Shown here: positions 10,063-19,282 of the stretch, piece by piece
Numbering within the stretch: the first letter of the stretch is position 1
How the letters are laid out: every line of letters begins with the position of its first letter
Origin: Aliivibrio fischeri ES114
Lineage (GTDB): Bacteria; Pseudomonadota; Gammaproteobacteria; Enterobacterales; Vibrionaceae
DNA: 32,000 nt
Assembly (NCBI RefSeq): GCF_000011805.1
Contig: NC_006841.2
Reading direction: 5' to 3' (one strand)
Translations under genes and position numbers: made by a program
The notes under the pieces: model-generated
What the model was told of the DNA's origin: nothing
Databases searched by the model: none
What the model saw: the letters and a program-made list of their open reading frames with translations, nothing else

Positions 10063-10233
10063 ATGACAGACCAGATATTGACCTTGAAAGAGGTAGTAAC
10101 TTATTTAAAATTGGCTGAAAAAACAGCGTATAGATTAACTAGTGAAGGCAAGTTACCTGGATTTAAAGTAGGTGGATCATGGCGCTTTAAGCGTGAAGAT
10201 CTCGAAGCTTGGATAGAAGAGAGTAAAAAATGA
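10063..10233 (+). CDS. Small HTH/excisionase-family DNA-binding protein
   Basis: Not in the ORF track (56 aa). MTDQILTLKEVVTYLKLAEKTAYRLTSEGKLPGFKVGGSWRFKREDLEAWIEESKK shows the LTxxEVAxYLxxxxxTxYRLxxxGxLPxxKVGxxWRFxxxDLxxW pattern. The stop overlaps the hsdM1 start (ATGA). Confidence 0.93.
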   Translation: MTDQILTLKEVVTYLKLAEKTAYRLTSEGKLPGFKVGGSWRFKREDLEAWIEESKK

Positions 10234-11711
10234 TTGAAAAACTAACGCTCTCCCAATTAGAGCAATACCTATCGAAAGCCGCGTGGATCTTAAAAGGTCC
10301 TGTTGATGCTTCAGATTTCAAAGTATACATATTTCCATTATTATTTTTTAAGCGAATTTCAGACGTTTATGATGAAGAATACCGTGTAGCATTAGAAGAA
10401 TCTGATGGTGATGAAGAATATGCTTCGATGCCAGAAATGCACCGTTTTGAGATTCCAACGGGCTGCCACTGGCGTGATGTGCGAGAAACGACCACAAGTG
10501 TAGGTATTACGATAGAAGATGCTCTTCGTGGTATTGAACAAGCTAACCAAGAATATTTATATGGTATTTTTGGTGATGCCCAGTGGAGTAACAAAAATAA
10601 GCTTTCAGATGAATTACTTATCAACTTGGTAGAGCACTTCTCGCAGTATACACTGGGTAATCAGAATGTAGAACCAGACATGCTTGGCAATGCCTACGAG
10701 TACTTAATTAAGCACTTTGCTGATTTAACAAATAAGAAAGCGGGGGAATTCTACACACCTCGTTCAGTAGTTCATTTACTGGGTATGATTTTAGACCCGC
10801 ATGAAGGCGAAACCATCTATGACCCTGCTTGTGGTACTGGCGGTATGTTGCTTGAGTGTGTCGATCATCTAAAAGACAACAAAGAAGATTACCGTACCCT
10901 AAAGCTATTTGGACAAGAGAAAAACCTAACCTCTAGTTCAATCGCTCGAATGAACATGTTCCTTCATGGCATTGAGGATTTTGAAATCTTACGTGGTGAC
11001 ACCTTACGTCACCCTGCATTCTTTGAAGCTGACGGCCTTAAGACTTTTGATTGTGTGATTGCTAATCCGCCGTTCTCTTTGAAAGACTGGGGATCAGAAA
11101 ACTGGGCTAACGATCCTTATGGTCGAAATATTGCTGGCGTGCCTCCTAAAGGTAATGGTGATATGGCTTGGGTGCAGCACATGGTTAAGTCTCTGAATAG
11201 CACTGGCCGTATGACAGTTGTACTTCCTCATGGGGCTCTATTTAGAAAAGCAGCCGAAGGTAAAATTCGTAAGCAATTGTTAGATCAAGACATGTTAGAA
11301 GCCGTGATAGGCTTAGGTCCTAACGTGTTTTATGGTACCCAGCTTGCTGCTTGTGTCATGGTGTTTAAACAAAACAAACCAGCCGATAAGAAAGGCAAGG
11401 TGATGTTTATTGATGCATCAGATCAAATTAGAGTCGGTCGAGCACAAAACTTCCTTGAGCCTAATCATGTTCAGCAGATTTACGATTGGTACCACAATTA
11501 TCAAGATGTAGAGAACTACGTCAAAGTTGCTTCTATGGATGAACTTGCTGAAAACGACTATAACCTCAACATTCCGCTGTATGTAGAAAAGATCATTGAA
11601 GATAACCTACCCTCAGTTGAAGAAGCAATGGCTGATTTGAAGCAAGCATGGCAAGCAAGCCTTGAAGCTGAAGAGAAGTTTAAGAGTGTCTTAAAAGGTT
11701 TTTTGAAATGA
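10230..11711 (+). CDS. hsdM: Type I restriction-modification methyltransferase subunit (HsdM1)
   Basis: SAM-binding motif YDPACGTGGMLLE and catalytic motif ANPPFSLKDW, plus the HsdM N-terminal region (YIFPLLFFKRISDVYDEE). Confidence 0.96.
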   Translation: MIEKLTLSQLEQYLSKAAWILKGPVDASDFKVYIFPLLFFKRISDVYDEEYRVALEESDGDEEYASMPEMHRFEIPTGCHWRDVRETTTSVGITIEDALRGIEQANQEYLYGIFGDAQWSNKNKLSDELLINLVEHFSQYTLGNQNVEPDMLGNAYEYLIKHFADLTNKKAGEFYTPRSVVHLLGMILDPHEGETIYDPACGTGGMLLECVDHLKDNKEDYRTLKLFGQEKNLTSSSIARMNMFLHGIEDFEILRGDTLRHPAFFEADGLKTFDCVIANPPFSLKDWGSENWANDPYGRNIAGVPPKGNGDMAWVQHMVKSLNSTGRMTVVLPHGALFRKAAEGKIRKQLLDQDMLEAVIGLGPNVFYGTQLAACVMVFKQNKPADKKGKVMFIDASDQIRVGRAQNFLEPNHVQQIYDWYHNYQDVENYVKVASMDELAENDYNLNIPLYVEKIIEDNLPSVEEAMADLKQAWQASLEAEEKFKSVLKGFLK

Positions 11712-13579
11712 GAATGCCTTCAAGTTCAGCACAAGATAGACAAGTCTCTGTATGGTTCCAAAAAATTCAAAGCGGTGAGATAAAACTACCTCGTTTTCAG
11801 CGTCATCAAGCTTGGGATAAAAACCGAGTGTGTAGCCTACTAGATACAGTGACTAAAAACCTACCGCTAGGTGTAACCTTACTGCTCAATGTTGATAAAG
11901 AGCAGTTTGTTTCGCGCTATTTAGTTACCGCACCTGAAACTCAAGGTCGAGTGACTGAGCATCTATTAGATGGTCAGCAACGTCTTACAGCCTTATGGCG
12001 TGCCTTGCATAACAACTATGATGGCATCTCATATTTTCTTTATATCGATACTTATAATGAAGCTAAAGATGAGAGTGAGAAAACACATGAATCACAAGTT
12101 TGGTATTGGTCACGCTGGACAAACAAAAGTGGTAAAACAATGCCTTTGTGGGTCGATGTACCAAGTGAATGCTTGAAGCGTGGTGTTATTCCTATGCATC
12201 TTTTCCGTCCAGGGGATATTGCGAGTGAAATAGATGCTTGGGTAGATAAAGCATTGAAGACATCTAAACCGTCATCTTATATGGAGAGCTTTGAAACTCT
12301 GTTAATGGAGTGGATGAATAAAAAAGCTAAGCTAAAAGATTACATTCGAGATGTTCGAGAAACGATCACGCACTTTAATTTGCCTTACTTGGCATTGCCA
12401 TCTCAAACAACGAAAGAAACGGCTCTGCAAGTATTCATCAATATGAACACGAATAGTAAACCTCTTTCACAGTACGACATTATTCGTGCAGAGATTGAGG
12501 GGGTTAAAGACGTTTCACTAGATGACTATCAACATGAGTTAGATAAAAAATACCCAGCAATTCAGCACTATTTTGAGTTGCCGTTCCTAATACTTGCTAC
12601 TTCAGCTTTGATGCAAGGTAAGTTGCCAAATCAACGTGGCATGTGGGACATGAGCAAGGAGAGTATGGTAGATAACTGGGAAAAAATGGCTTTAGGACTG
12701 TCTAAAATGGCAGCTTTCATGGAAAGCCAGTCTATTTACGATAGAAGCAGATTACCTACAAACGCGGTATTGGCCGTAATTGCCGCGCTATATGTAGATA
12801 TCCCTGAAAATTTAGACTCCAGAGGTAATTTTGAAATATTACTTAAAAAGTACCTTTGGTCTAGCTTCTTCACCGACCGCTATGAAAACTCGGCTGCTTC
12901 ACATGCGTTTAATGACTTTGTTGCCTTGAAAGGCATTATTAATGGTGAGTGTAAATCTGATGGTTCCCCGTTTACAGAAAGGGATGTACCAGTACTGAAT
13001 CGCGAACTATATCCGCTATCAACGGATGATGAACTTAAACGTGTTGGTTGGCCTAAACGTGAAAATATCAGAGGCCGAGGAATAATGGCTGTATTCAGTA
13101 AGCTAGGAGCTCAGGATTTTGCTGATGGCTCGCAATTGAATCGACAGCAGCTTATTGACGGCCGTAGACACTATCATCATGTATTCCCTGATGCCTTATT
13201 AAAAGATGTAGGGGCGGAGAGTTACTTTGCACTTAACTGTGCATTGATTACAGATAAAACGAACCTGAACATTAGCAATAAAGACCCGATGAACTACCTT
13301 AAAGATCGTTATAACTGGACTAGTGAAGATATCGTAAATACTCGCTTACAATCTCATCTAATTCCTTTAGAGGAGTTAAAGTGTGGTGACTATGAAGGTT
13401 TATCTGGAGAAGATAAAGTAATCAAAGTAACGCAAGACTTTGCGCAATTTATCGCTAAACGTGCTGCGTATGTGGCAAAAGCCGTTGAAATTCTCGCGCA
13501 GGGCAGAGATATCATTGCCTCTGAAATTATTAATAGTGTAGAGCAGCAATTAGCACTTGAAGAGGAGGTGTCGGCATGA
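11708..13579 (+). CDS. DUF262-containing GmrSD-like protein with a C-terminal HNH/DUF1524-like nuclease region
   Basis: N-terminal LPRFQRHQAW and LLDGQQRLTALWRAL (DGQQR motif). C-terminal RRHYHHVFPDALL...NLNISNKDPMNYLKDR resembles the His-Asn nuclease core. ATGA overlaps at both ends. Confidence 0.87.
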   Translation: MRMPSSSAQDRQVSVWFQKIQSGEIKLPRFQRHQAWDKNRVCSLLDTVTKNLPLGVTLLLNVDKEQFVSRYLVTAPETQGRVTEHLLDGQQRLTALWRALHNNYDGISYFLYIDTYNEAKDESEKTHESQVWYWSRWTNKSGKTMPLWVDVPSECLKRGVIPMHLFRPGDIASEIDAWVDKALKTSKPSSYMESFETLLMEWMNKKAKLKDYIRDVRETITHFNLPYLALPSQTTKETALQVFINMNTNSKPLSQYDIIRAEIEGVKDVSLDDYQHELDKKYPAIQHYFELPFLILATSALMQGKLPNQRGMWDMSKESMVDNWEKMALGLSKMAAFMESQSIYDRSRLPTNAVLAVIAALYVDIPENLDSRGNFEILLKKYLWSSFFTDRYENSAASHAFNDFVALKGIINGECKSDGSPFTERDVPVLNRELYPLSTDDELKRVGWPKRENIRGRGIMAVFSKLGAQDFADGSQLNRQQLIDGRRHYHHVFPDALLKDVGAESYFALNCALITDKTNLNISNKDPMNYLKDRYNWTSEDIVNTRLQSHLIPLEELKCGDYEGLSGEDKVIKVTQDFAQFIAKRAAYVAKAVEILAQGRDIIASEIINSVEQQLALEEEVSA

Positions 13580-15042
13580 TGACCCAACAAGAATTAGAAA
13601 AATACCTTTGGGGCGCAGCGACCACATTACGCGGCACCATTGATGCGGGTGATTACAAACAATACATCTTCCCATTGATGTTCTTTAAACGTATCTGTGA
13701 TGTATACGATGAAGAATTCGAAAATGCGCTAGCGGAAAGTGATGGTGATTTAGAATACGCCGCCTTTGCTGAAAACCATCATTTTCAAGTGCCAAAAGGT
13801 GCTCACTGGAACGATGTGCGTGAAACCACCACCAACATTGGTCTAGCGCTACAAAATGCTATGCGTGCGATTGAGAAGGCTAACCCCGACACCTTAGAAG
13901 GTATCTTTGGTGATGCAAGCTGGACTAATAAAGAGCGTCTGTCTGATGCCATGCTCACTAACCTAATTGAGCATTATTCCGAGCAAACATTGAATCTCAA
14001 AAACGTACCGGACGACAAATTAGGTAACGCTTACGAGTACTTGATCAAAGAGTTTGCTGACGATAGCGGCCATACCGCAGCAGAGTTTTACACCAACCGT
14101 ACCGTGGTTAAATTAATGACCATGATCATGGCCCCACAACCGGGTGAGTCAGTATATGACCCTACCTGTGGCTCTGGTGGTTTATTACTTAACTGTGCTT
14201 TGCACCTTAAAGATGAGGGCAAAGAATACCGCACACTTAAATTATACGGTCAAGAGATTAATCTATTAACCTCAGCGATTGCACGAATGAACATGTTTAT
14301 GCATGGCATAGAAGAGTTTGACATTGTTCGTGGCAATACACTCTCTAACCCAGGTCTACTTGAAAACGATGAACTAAAAAAATTCAACGTTATTCTCGCA
14401 AACCCGCCATACTCGATTAAATCATGGGACCGCAAAGCATTTGAAAGTGATCCCTATGGCCGAAATGTATGGGGCACACCACCACAAGGTTGTGCTGATT
14501 ACGCCTTTCAACAACACATTCAAAAAAGCCTTGATTTAGGCAATGGTCGTTCAATTTCACTTTGGCCACACGGTATTTTGTTCCGTGATGCTGAAACAGC
14601 AATGCGTAGAAAAATGATTGAGCAAGACCAAGTTGAATGTGTCATTGGCCTTGGCCCAAACCTGTTCTATAACTCGCCTATGGAAGCTTGTTTGTTGATT
14701 ACCAAAACAAACAAAATCGAGAGTAAAAAAGATAAAATCCTTTTTATTAATGCCGTTAAAGAAGTAAGACAAGATAAAAACATTGGCTACCTAGACCAAG
14801 TTCATATCGATAAAATATTTAATGCTTACAATAAATTTGAAAATGAAGATAGCTTTGCTGTGTTAGTTGATAAACAAGAGGTATTAGATAAAAAAGCAAA
14901 TATGGCAATTAACCTCTATATTCGTCCTGACTCTTTAGTCAGTAGCGAAGAAGCTTGTTTTGCAACAGCATATCAAGAGTGGCAACAATCATCAGGTGAC
15001 CTAAAACAGTCAATGGAAAAGTTATTTAAGGAGCTAGTGTAA
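13576..15042 (+). CDS. hsdM: Type I restriction-modification methyltransferase subunit (HsdM2)
   Basis: YDPTCGSGGLLLN and ANPPYSIKSWD motifs. Clearly paralogous to HsdM1 along its length. Confidence 0.96.
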   Translation: MMTQQELEKYLWGAATTLRGTIDAGDYKQYIFPLMFFKRICDVYDEEFENALAESDGDLEYAAFAENHHFQVPKGAHWNDVRETTTNIGLALQNAMRAIEKANPDTLEGIFGDASWTNKERLSDAMLTNLIEHYSEQTLNLKNVPDDKLGNAYEYLIKEFADDSGHTAAEFYTNRTVVKLMTMIMAPQPGESVYDPTCGSGGLLLNCALHLKDEGKEYRTLKLYGQEINLLTSAIARMNMFMHGIEEFDIVRGNTLSNPGLLENDELKKFNVILANPPYSIKSWDRKAFESDPYGRNVWGTPPQGCADYAFQQHIQKSLDLGNGRSISLWPHGILFRDAETAMRRKMIEQDQVECVIGLGPNLFYNSPMEACLLITKTNKIESKKDKILFINAVKEVRQDKNIGYLDQVHIDKIFNAYNKFENEDSFAVLVDKQEVLDKKANMAINLYIRPDSLVSSEEACFATAYQEWQQSSGDLKQSMEKLFKELV

Positions 15043-16262
15043 TGTTAGACATGGAAGCGGTTAAAAACTTTTCTATCGATAAATCAGACTGGAAAAAAGT
15101 AAAGTTTGGTGACGTTGTATTTGAGCCTAAAGAATCAGTTAAAGATCCTGTTTCTGAAGGTATTGAGCATGTTGTTGGTTTAGAGCATATCGAAAGTGGA
15201 GATATGTATTTACGCCGCTCAGCAAGTATTGAAGGTAGTACCACGTTCACTAAAAAATTCGTTAAAGGTGATGTTTTATTTGGTCGCCGAAGAGCATATT
15301 TGAAGAAGGCAGCTAAAGCTAAATTTTCAGGAATTTGTTCGGGTGATATTACTGTCATGCGAGCAAGAGATGAGTTGCTTCTTCCTGACTTAGTGCCATT
15401 TATTGTGAACAACGAAAAGTTTTTTGATTACGCAATTACTCATTCAGCTGGTGGTTTATCACCAAGAGTTAAATTCAAAGATTTAGCAAATTTTGAGTTC
15501 TTTATTCCAAGTAAAACAGATCAAAAAAAGCTGCTTTCACTCTTGGAAGGTTTAGATGAATCCTTACAAAATGAATTGATTCTAAAACAAAAACTCGTCT
15601 CTAATTTAGAAGCTCAAATTGAACATCAAATACATGGTGAGCATTTAGATGGTAAGACTATTAATCAAGTAATTAAGAGCTTATCTAGCAAGAAGAAAAT
15701 CATAAAGTTAAAAGGGTTGGGCGAGATCATAAAAGGGAAGGGGATCGCTAAATCAGAAGTTGTCGAGAGCGGAATACCTTGTGTCAGATATGGTGAGCTT
15801 TATACAAAGCACCACCGAATGATTCGAAAATTTCATTCTTATATTTCCTTAAAATCATCTGAAAAATCCGTAAAGCTTAGGGTTAATGATGTTTTGTTTG
15901 CAGGTTCTGGAGAAACTATATCTGAGATTGGTAAATCAGCTGCTTTTACAGAAAGTGTTGATGCATATGCAGGGAGTGATATTTTAATTTTTCGCCCTAA
16001 AGACATGGATGGCTCTTACTTAGGATATTTGATGAATTCACTGCTAGTGAGGCATCAATTGAATAAATTAGGAACTGGAGCAACAGTTATGCATGTATAC
16101 GGTTCAGATATACAAAAGATTGTTGTTCCATATAGAGATAAAGATGAACAGGTCCAAATAGCAAATTGTTTAGAAGAGATAGCTAGCAATATAAGGCTGT
16201 TAGATAGAAAGATTCATAAAACTAAAGAATTATTAGCTGTATTACTTAGCAAGGTGTTTTAG
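15042..16262 (+). CDS. hsdS: Type I restriction-modification specificity subunit (HsdS)
   Basis: Two TRD-like halves (WKKVKFGDVVFEP...; IKLKGLGEIIKGKGI...GIPCVRYGELYTK...) with helical spacers (DQKKLLSLLEGLDESLQNELILKQKLVSNLEAQIEHQ; DEQVQIANCLEEI). Confidence 0.93.
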   Translation: MLDMEAVKNFSIDKSDWKKVKFGDVVFEPKESVKDPVSEGIEHVVGLEHIESGDMYLRRSASIEGSTTFTKKFVKGDVLFGRRRAYLKKAAKAKFSGICSGDITVMRARDELLLPDLVPFIVNNEKFFDYAITHSAGGLSPRVKFKDLANFEFFIPSKTDQKKLLSLLEGLDESLQNELILKQKLVSNLEAQIEHQIHGEHLDGKTINQVIKSLSSKKKIIKLKGLGEIIKGKGIAKSEVVESGIPCVRYGELYTKHHRMIRKFHSYISLKSSEKSVKLRVNDVLFAGSGETISEIGKSAAFTESVDAYAGSDILIFRPKDMDGSYLGYLMNSLLVRHQLNKLGTGATVMHVYGSDIQKIVVPYRDKDEQVQIANCLEEIASNIRLLDRKIHKTKELLAVLLSKVF

Positions 16263-16264
16263 GT

Positions 16265-19258
16265 ATGGGATTTACCGAATTAAATAGTGTGGAACACTAC
16301 ATCATTCATCAAATTAGTGGTGTTAACTTAAACGACGCTCAATGCAAGAATCAAGTGTCTGAGCCTCAAGCTACGTATGCATTGCAATGGCAGTTCAAGT
16401 CTTCAGAGCAACTTGGTCGTGATGTTAATGAGGTACTAGTTGAATCTGAATTAGTTAAAGCGTTGATTCGCCTTAACCCTGAGATTGAAGCTAACCCACA
16501 TTTGGCTGATGAAGTAATACATAAGCTTCGCGCTATTTTAATTTCGGTAAATCAAGTTGGCTTAGTGAAAGCCAATGAAGAGTTTTTCGCCTGGATGACG
16601 GGCGAAAAAACAATGCCCTTTGGCGAAAATAACCGCCATGTACCAGTAAAGTTAATCGATTTAGAAGACTTAACTCGCAACGGCTATGTGGTCACTAATC
16701 AGTTCCGTATTCATCACAGAGAAACCAAAATACCTGACGTGGTATTAATGATTAATGGTATTCCGGTTGTGGTGGGTGAAGCGAAAACACCGATTCGGCC
16801 ATCTGTAAGTTGGCTAGATGGTGCCCATGAAGTACACAACATTTACGAAAACGCTGTACCGCAATTGTTTGTGCCGAATATTTTATCTTTTGCTACTGAA
16901 GGCAAAGAGCTGTTCTATGGCGCAATCCGTTGCCCATTAGAGTTCTGGGCCCCTTGGCGCACTGAAGAGGACGATAATTCAAAAGGCATCGGCCAAGTAT
17001 CTAAGGCTTTGGGGTTAACCGAGATTGGTAAAGAACTCATTGATCTATTAAGCCCTGTACGCTTACTCGATATTATGCGTAATTTCTCATTGTTTACCAC
17101 CAACAAAAAGAAACAGCGTATAAAGGTTATCCCACGCTTTCAGCAGTACGAAGGTGCCAATAAAATTGTTGAGCGCGTTATTGAAGGCAAAATCAAAAAA
17201 GGCTTAATTTGGCACTTCCAAGGTTCAGGTAAGTCATTGTTAATGGTCTTTGCTGCACAAAAACTTCGCCGTACCGCACAACTTAAAAGCCCAACAGTTA
17301 TTGTGCTGGTTGATAGAACCGATTTAGATACCCAAATCAGTGGCACCTTTAATGCTGCTGATGTCGCGAATGTGGAGTCAACCGATAGCATTAAAGAACT
17401 ACAGCGAATGCTAGAGCGTGATACACGTAAGATCATTATCTCGATGATCCACAAGTTCCGTGATGCTAAACCCAACATGAATACCCGTGAAAATATTATC
17501 GTGCTAGTGGATGAAGCCCACCGTACTCAAGAAGGTGATTTAGGCCGTCAAATGCGTGCAGCCTTACCTAATGCTTTCCTATTTGGTTTAACGGGTACGC
17601 CTGTAAACAAAGCAGATAAAAACACGTTCTGGGCATTTGGTGCAGAAGAAGACAAAGGCGGCTACATGTCGCGTTATACCTTTCATGACTCTATTCGTGA
17701 CGAAGCAACATTACCATTGCATTTTGAACCACGTTTAGTTGATGTTCATGTAGACAAAGAAGCGTTAGACAAGGCGTTTAAAGACTTTAAAGAAAGTGCA
17801 GCGCTTAGCGATGAAGAAGCCGATGCGCTTAATCAAAAGTCTGCAAAAATGTCGGCCTTTTTAAAATCACCAGAGCGAGTAGAAAAGATAGTTGAAGACA
17901 TTGCTATTCACTTTATGGATAAAGTTGAACCGCATGGTTTTAAAGCAATGGTAGTGACTCCGGATCGTGAGGCTTGTGTTCAATACAAAGAAGAGCTAGA
18001 TAAGCATTTCCCAGAATCTGCAAGTAAAGTTGTTATATCAACCAGTGCGAATGATGACTTTGAATTTAAACAGAAGTGGGGTGTTGATAAGAGCCAGCAA
18101 GAAAAACTAGTGGATGAATTTAATGATGAAAAGTCAGACCTGAAATTTCTTGTTGTTACCGCTAAATTGTTGACTGGATTTGATGCGCCAATCTGCCAAA
18201 CTATGTACCTCGATAAATCTATCAAGGATCACACGTTGTTACAGGCAATTTGTCGTACCAACCGTTTATATCCAAATAAAACCTTCGGCTGTATTGTTGA
18301 TTATTTTGGGGTGTTTGACGATGCAGCAAAAGCGCTAGAGTTTGATGAAGAAAGCGTTCAGCAAGTTATCTCCAATTTAAGTGAGTTACGCTCTAAACTT
18401 CCACAAGCAATGCAAGATACCTTAGCGCACTTTATTGGTGTAGATAGAAGCTTAGAAGGTTTCGAGGGGTTAGAAGCAGCGCAAAACGCCATTGGTGATA
18501 ATGATAAGAAAGATGCTTTCGCATTGGACTTTAAGTACCTTGCCAAGCTCTGGGAATCGCTTTCACCTGATAGTGTTCTCGATGAATATAATGAAGATTA
18601 TAAGTGGCTTGCTCAGGTCTATGAGTCAGTAAAACCAGCCTCAGACAATATTGGTAAACTGTTGTGGTTAGCTCTTGGCGCTCAGACAACTCAACTGATA
18701 CACGACAATGTACATGTTGGTGATGTTCATAACTTGGAAGAATTTGTTCTCGATGCTGATGTTATTGAGAATATTTTCAATAACCCCGATCCCCGTAAAA
18801 TAAAACAACTTGAAAAAGAGTTAGCAAAGCGTTTCAAAGACCGTGGTGATCTACCAGTATTCAAATCTTTGAGTGAACGTCTAGAAGAGTTACGTGATAA
18901 GGCTGAGAAGGGGCTAATTGCCTCAATCGATTTCGTAAAAGAGCTTTGTAAGATAGCGAAAGAAACCGTACAAGCAGAGAAAGACCTAGATGATGAACTT
19001 CAAGAGAAAACACCTCAAGCGGCTTTAACCGATCTTTTCTTAGAACTTAAAGACGATCAGACACCAGCAGTTGTCGAGCGTATTGTCACCGACATCGATG
19101 CTATTGTGCGTATCGTCCGATTCCCTGGTTGGCAAACCACAACTGGCGGTGAACGTGAGGTTCAAAAGTCTCTTCGTAAGGCTCTACTAAAGTACAAGCT
19201 ACACACAGACCAAACCCTATTCGACAGGGCTTATGGATACATTAAGGAATATTATTGA
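16265..19258 (+). CDS. hsdR: Type I restriction-modification restriction/helicase subunit (HsdR)
   Basis: PD-(D/E)xK-like core (IPDVVLMINGIPVVVGEAK), Walker A region GLIWHFQGSGKSLLM, VDEAHRTQEGDLGRQMR and GLTGTPVNK. Confidence 0.96.
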   Translation: MGFTELNSVEHYIIHQISGVNLNDAQCKNQVSEPQATYALQWQFKSSEQLGRDVNEVLVESELVKALIRLNPEIEANPHLADEVIHKLRAILISVNQVGLVKANEEFFAWMTGEKTMPFGENNRHVPVKLIDLEDLTRNGYVVTNQFRIHHRETKIPDVVLMINGIPVVVGEAKTPIRPSVSWLDGAHEVHNIYENAVPQLFVPNILSFATEGKELFYGAIRCPLEFWAPWRTEEDDNSKGIGQVSKALGLTEIGKELIDLLSPVRLLDIMRNFSLFTTNKKKQRIKVIPRFQQYEGANKIVERVIEGKIKKGLIWHFQGSGKSLLMVFAAQKLRRTAQLKSPTVIVLVDRTDLDTQISGTFNAADVANVESTDSIKELQRMLERDTRKIIISMIHKFRDAKPNMNTRENIIVLVDEAHRTQEGDLGRQMRAALPNAFLFGLTGTPVNKADKNTFWAFGAEEDKGGYMSRYTFHDSIRDEATLPLHFEPRLVDVHVDKEALDKAFKDFKESAALSDEEADALNQKSAKMSAFLKSPERVEKIVEDIAIHFMDKVEPHGFKAMVVTPDREACVQYKEELDKHFPESASKVVISTSANDDFEFKQKWGVDKSQQEKLVDEFNDEKSDLKFLVVTAKLLTGFDAPICQTMYLDKSIKDHTLLQAICRTNRLYPNKTFGCIVDYFGVFDDAAKALEFDEESVQQVISNLSELRSKLPQAMQDTLAHFIGVDRSLEGFEGLEAAQNAIGDNDKKDAFALDFKYLAKLWESLSPDSVLDEYNEDYKWLAQVYESVKPASDNIGKLLWLALGAQTTQLIHDNVHVGDVHNLEEFVLDADVIENIFNNPDPRKIKQLEKELAKRFKDRGDLPVFKSLSERLEELRDKAEKGLIASIDFVKELCKIAKETVQAEKDLDDELQEKTPQAALTDLFLELKDDQTPAVVERIVTDIDAIVRIVRFPGWQTTTGGEREVQKSLRKALLKYKLHTDQTLFDRAYGYIKEYY

Positions 19259-19282
19259 TGACTAAAGTTTTGGAGTATCCTC

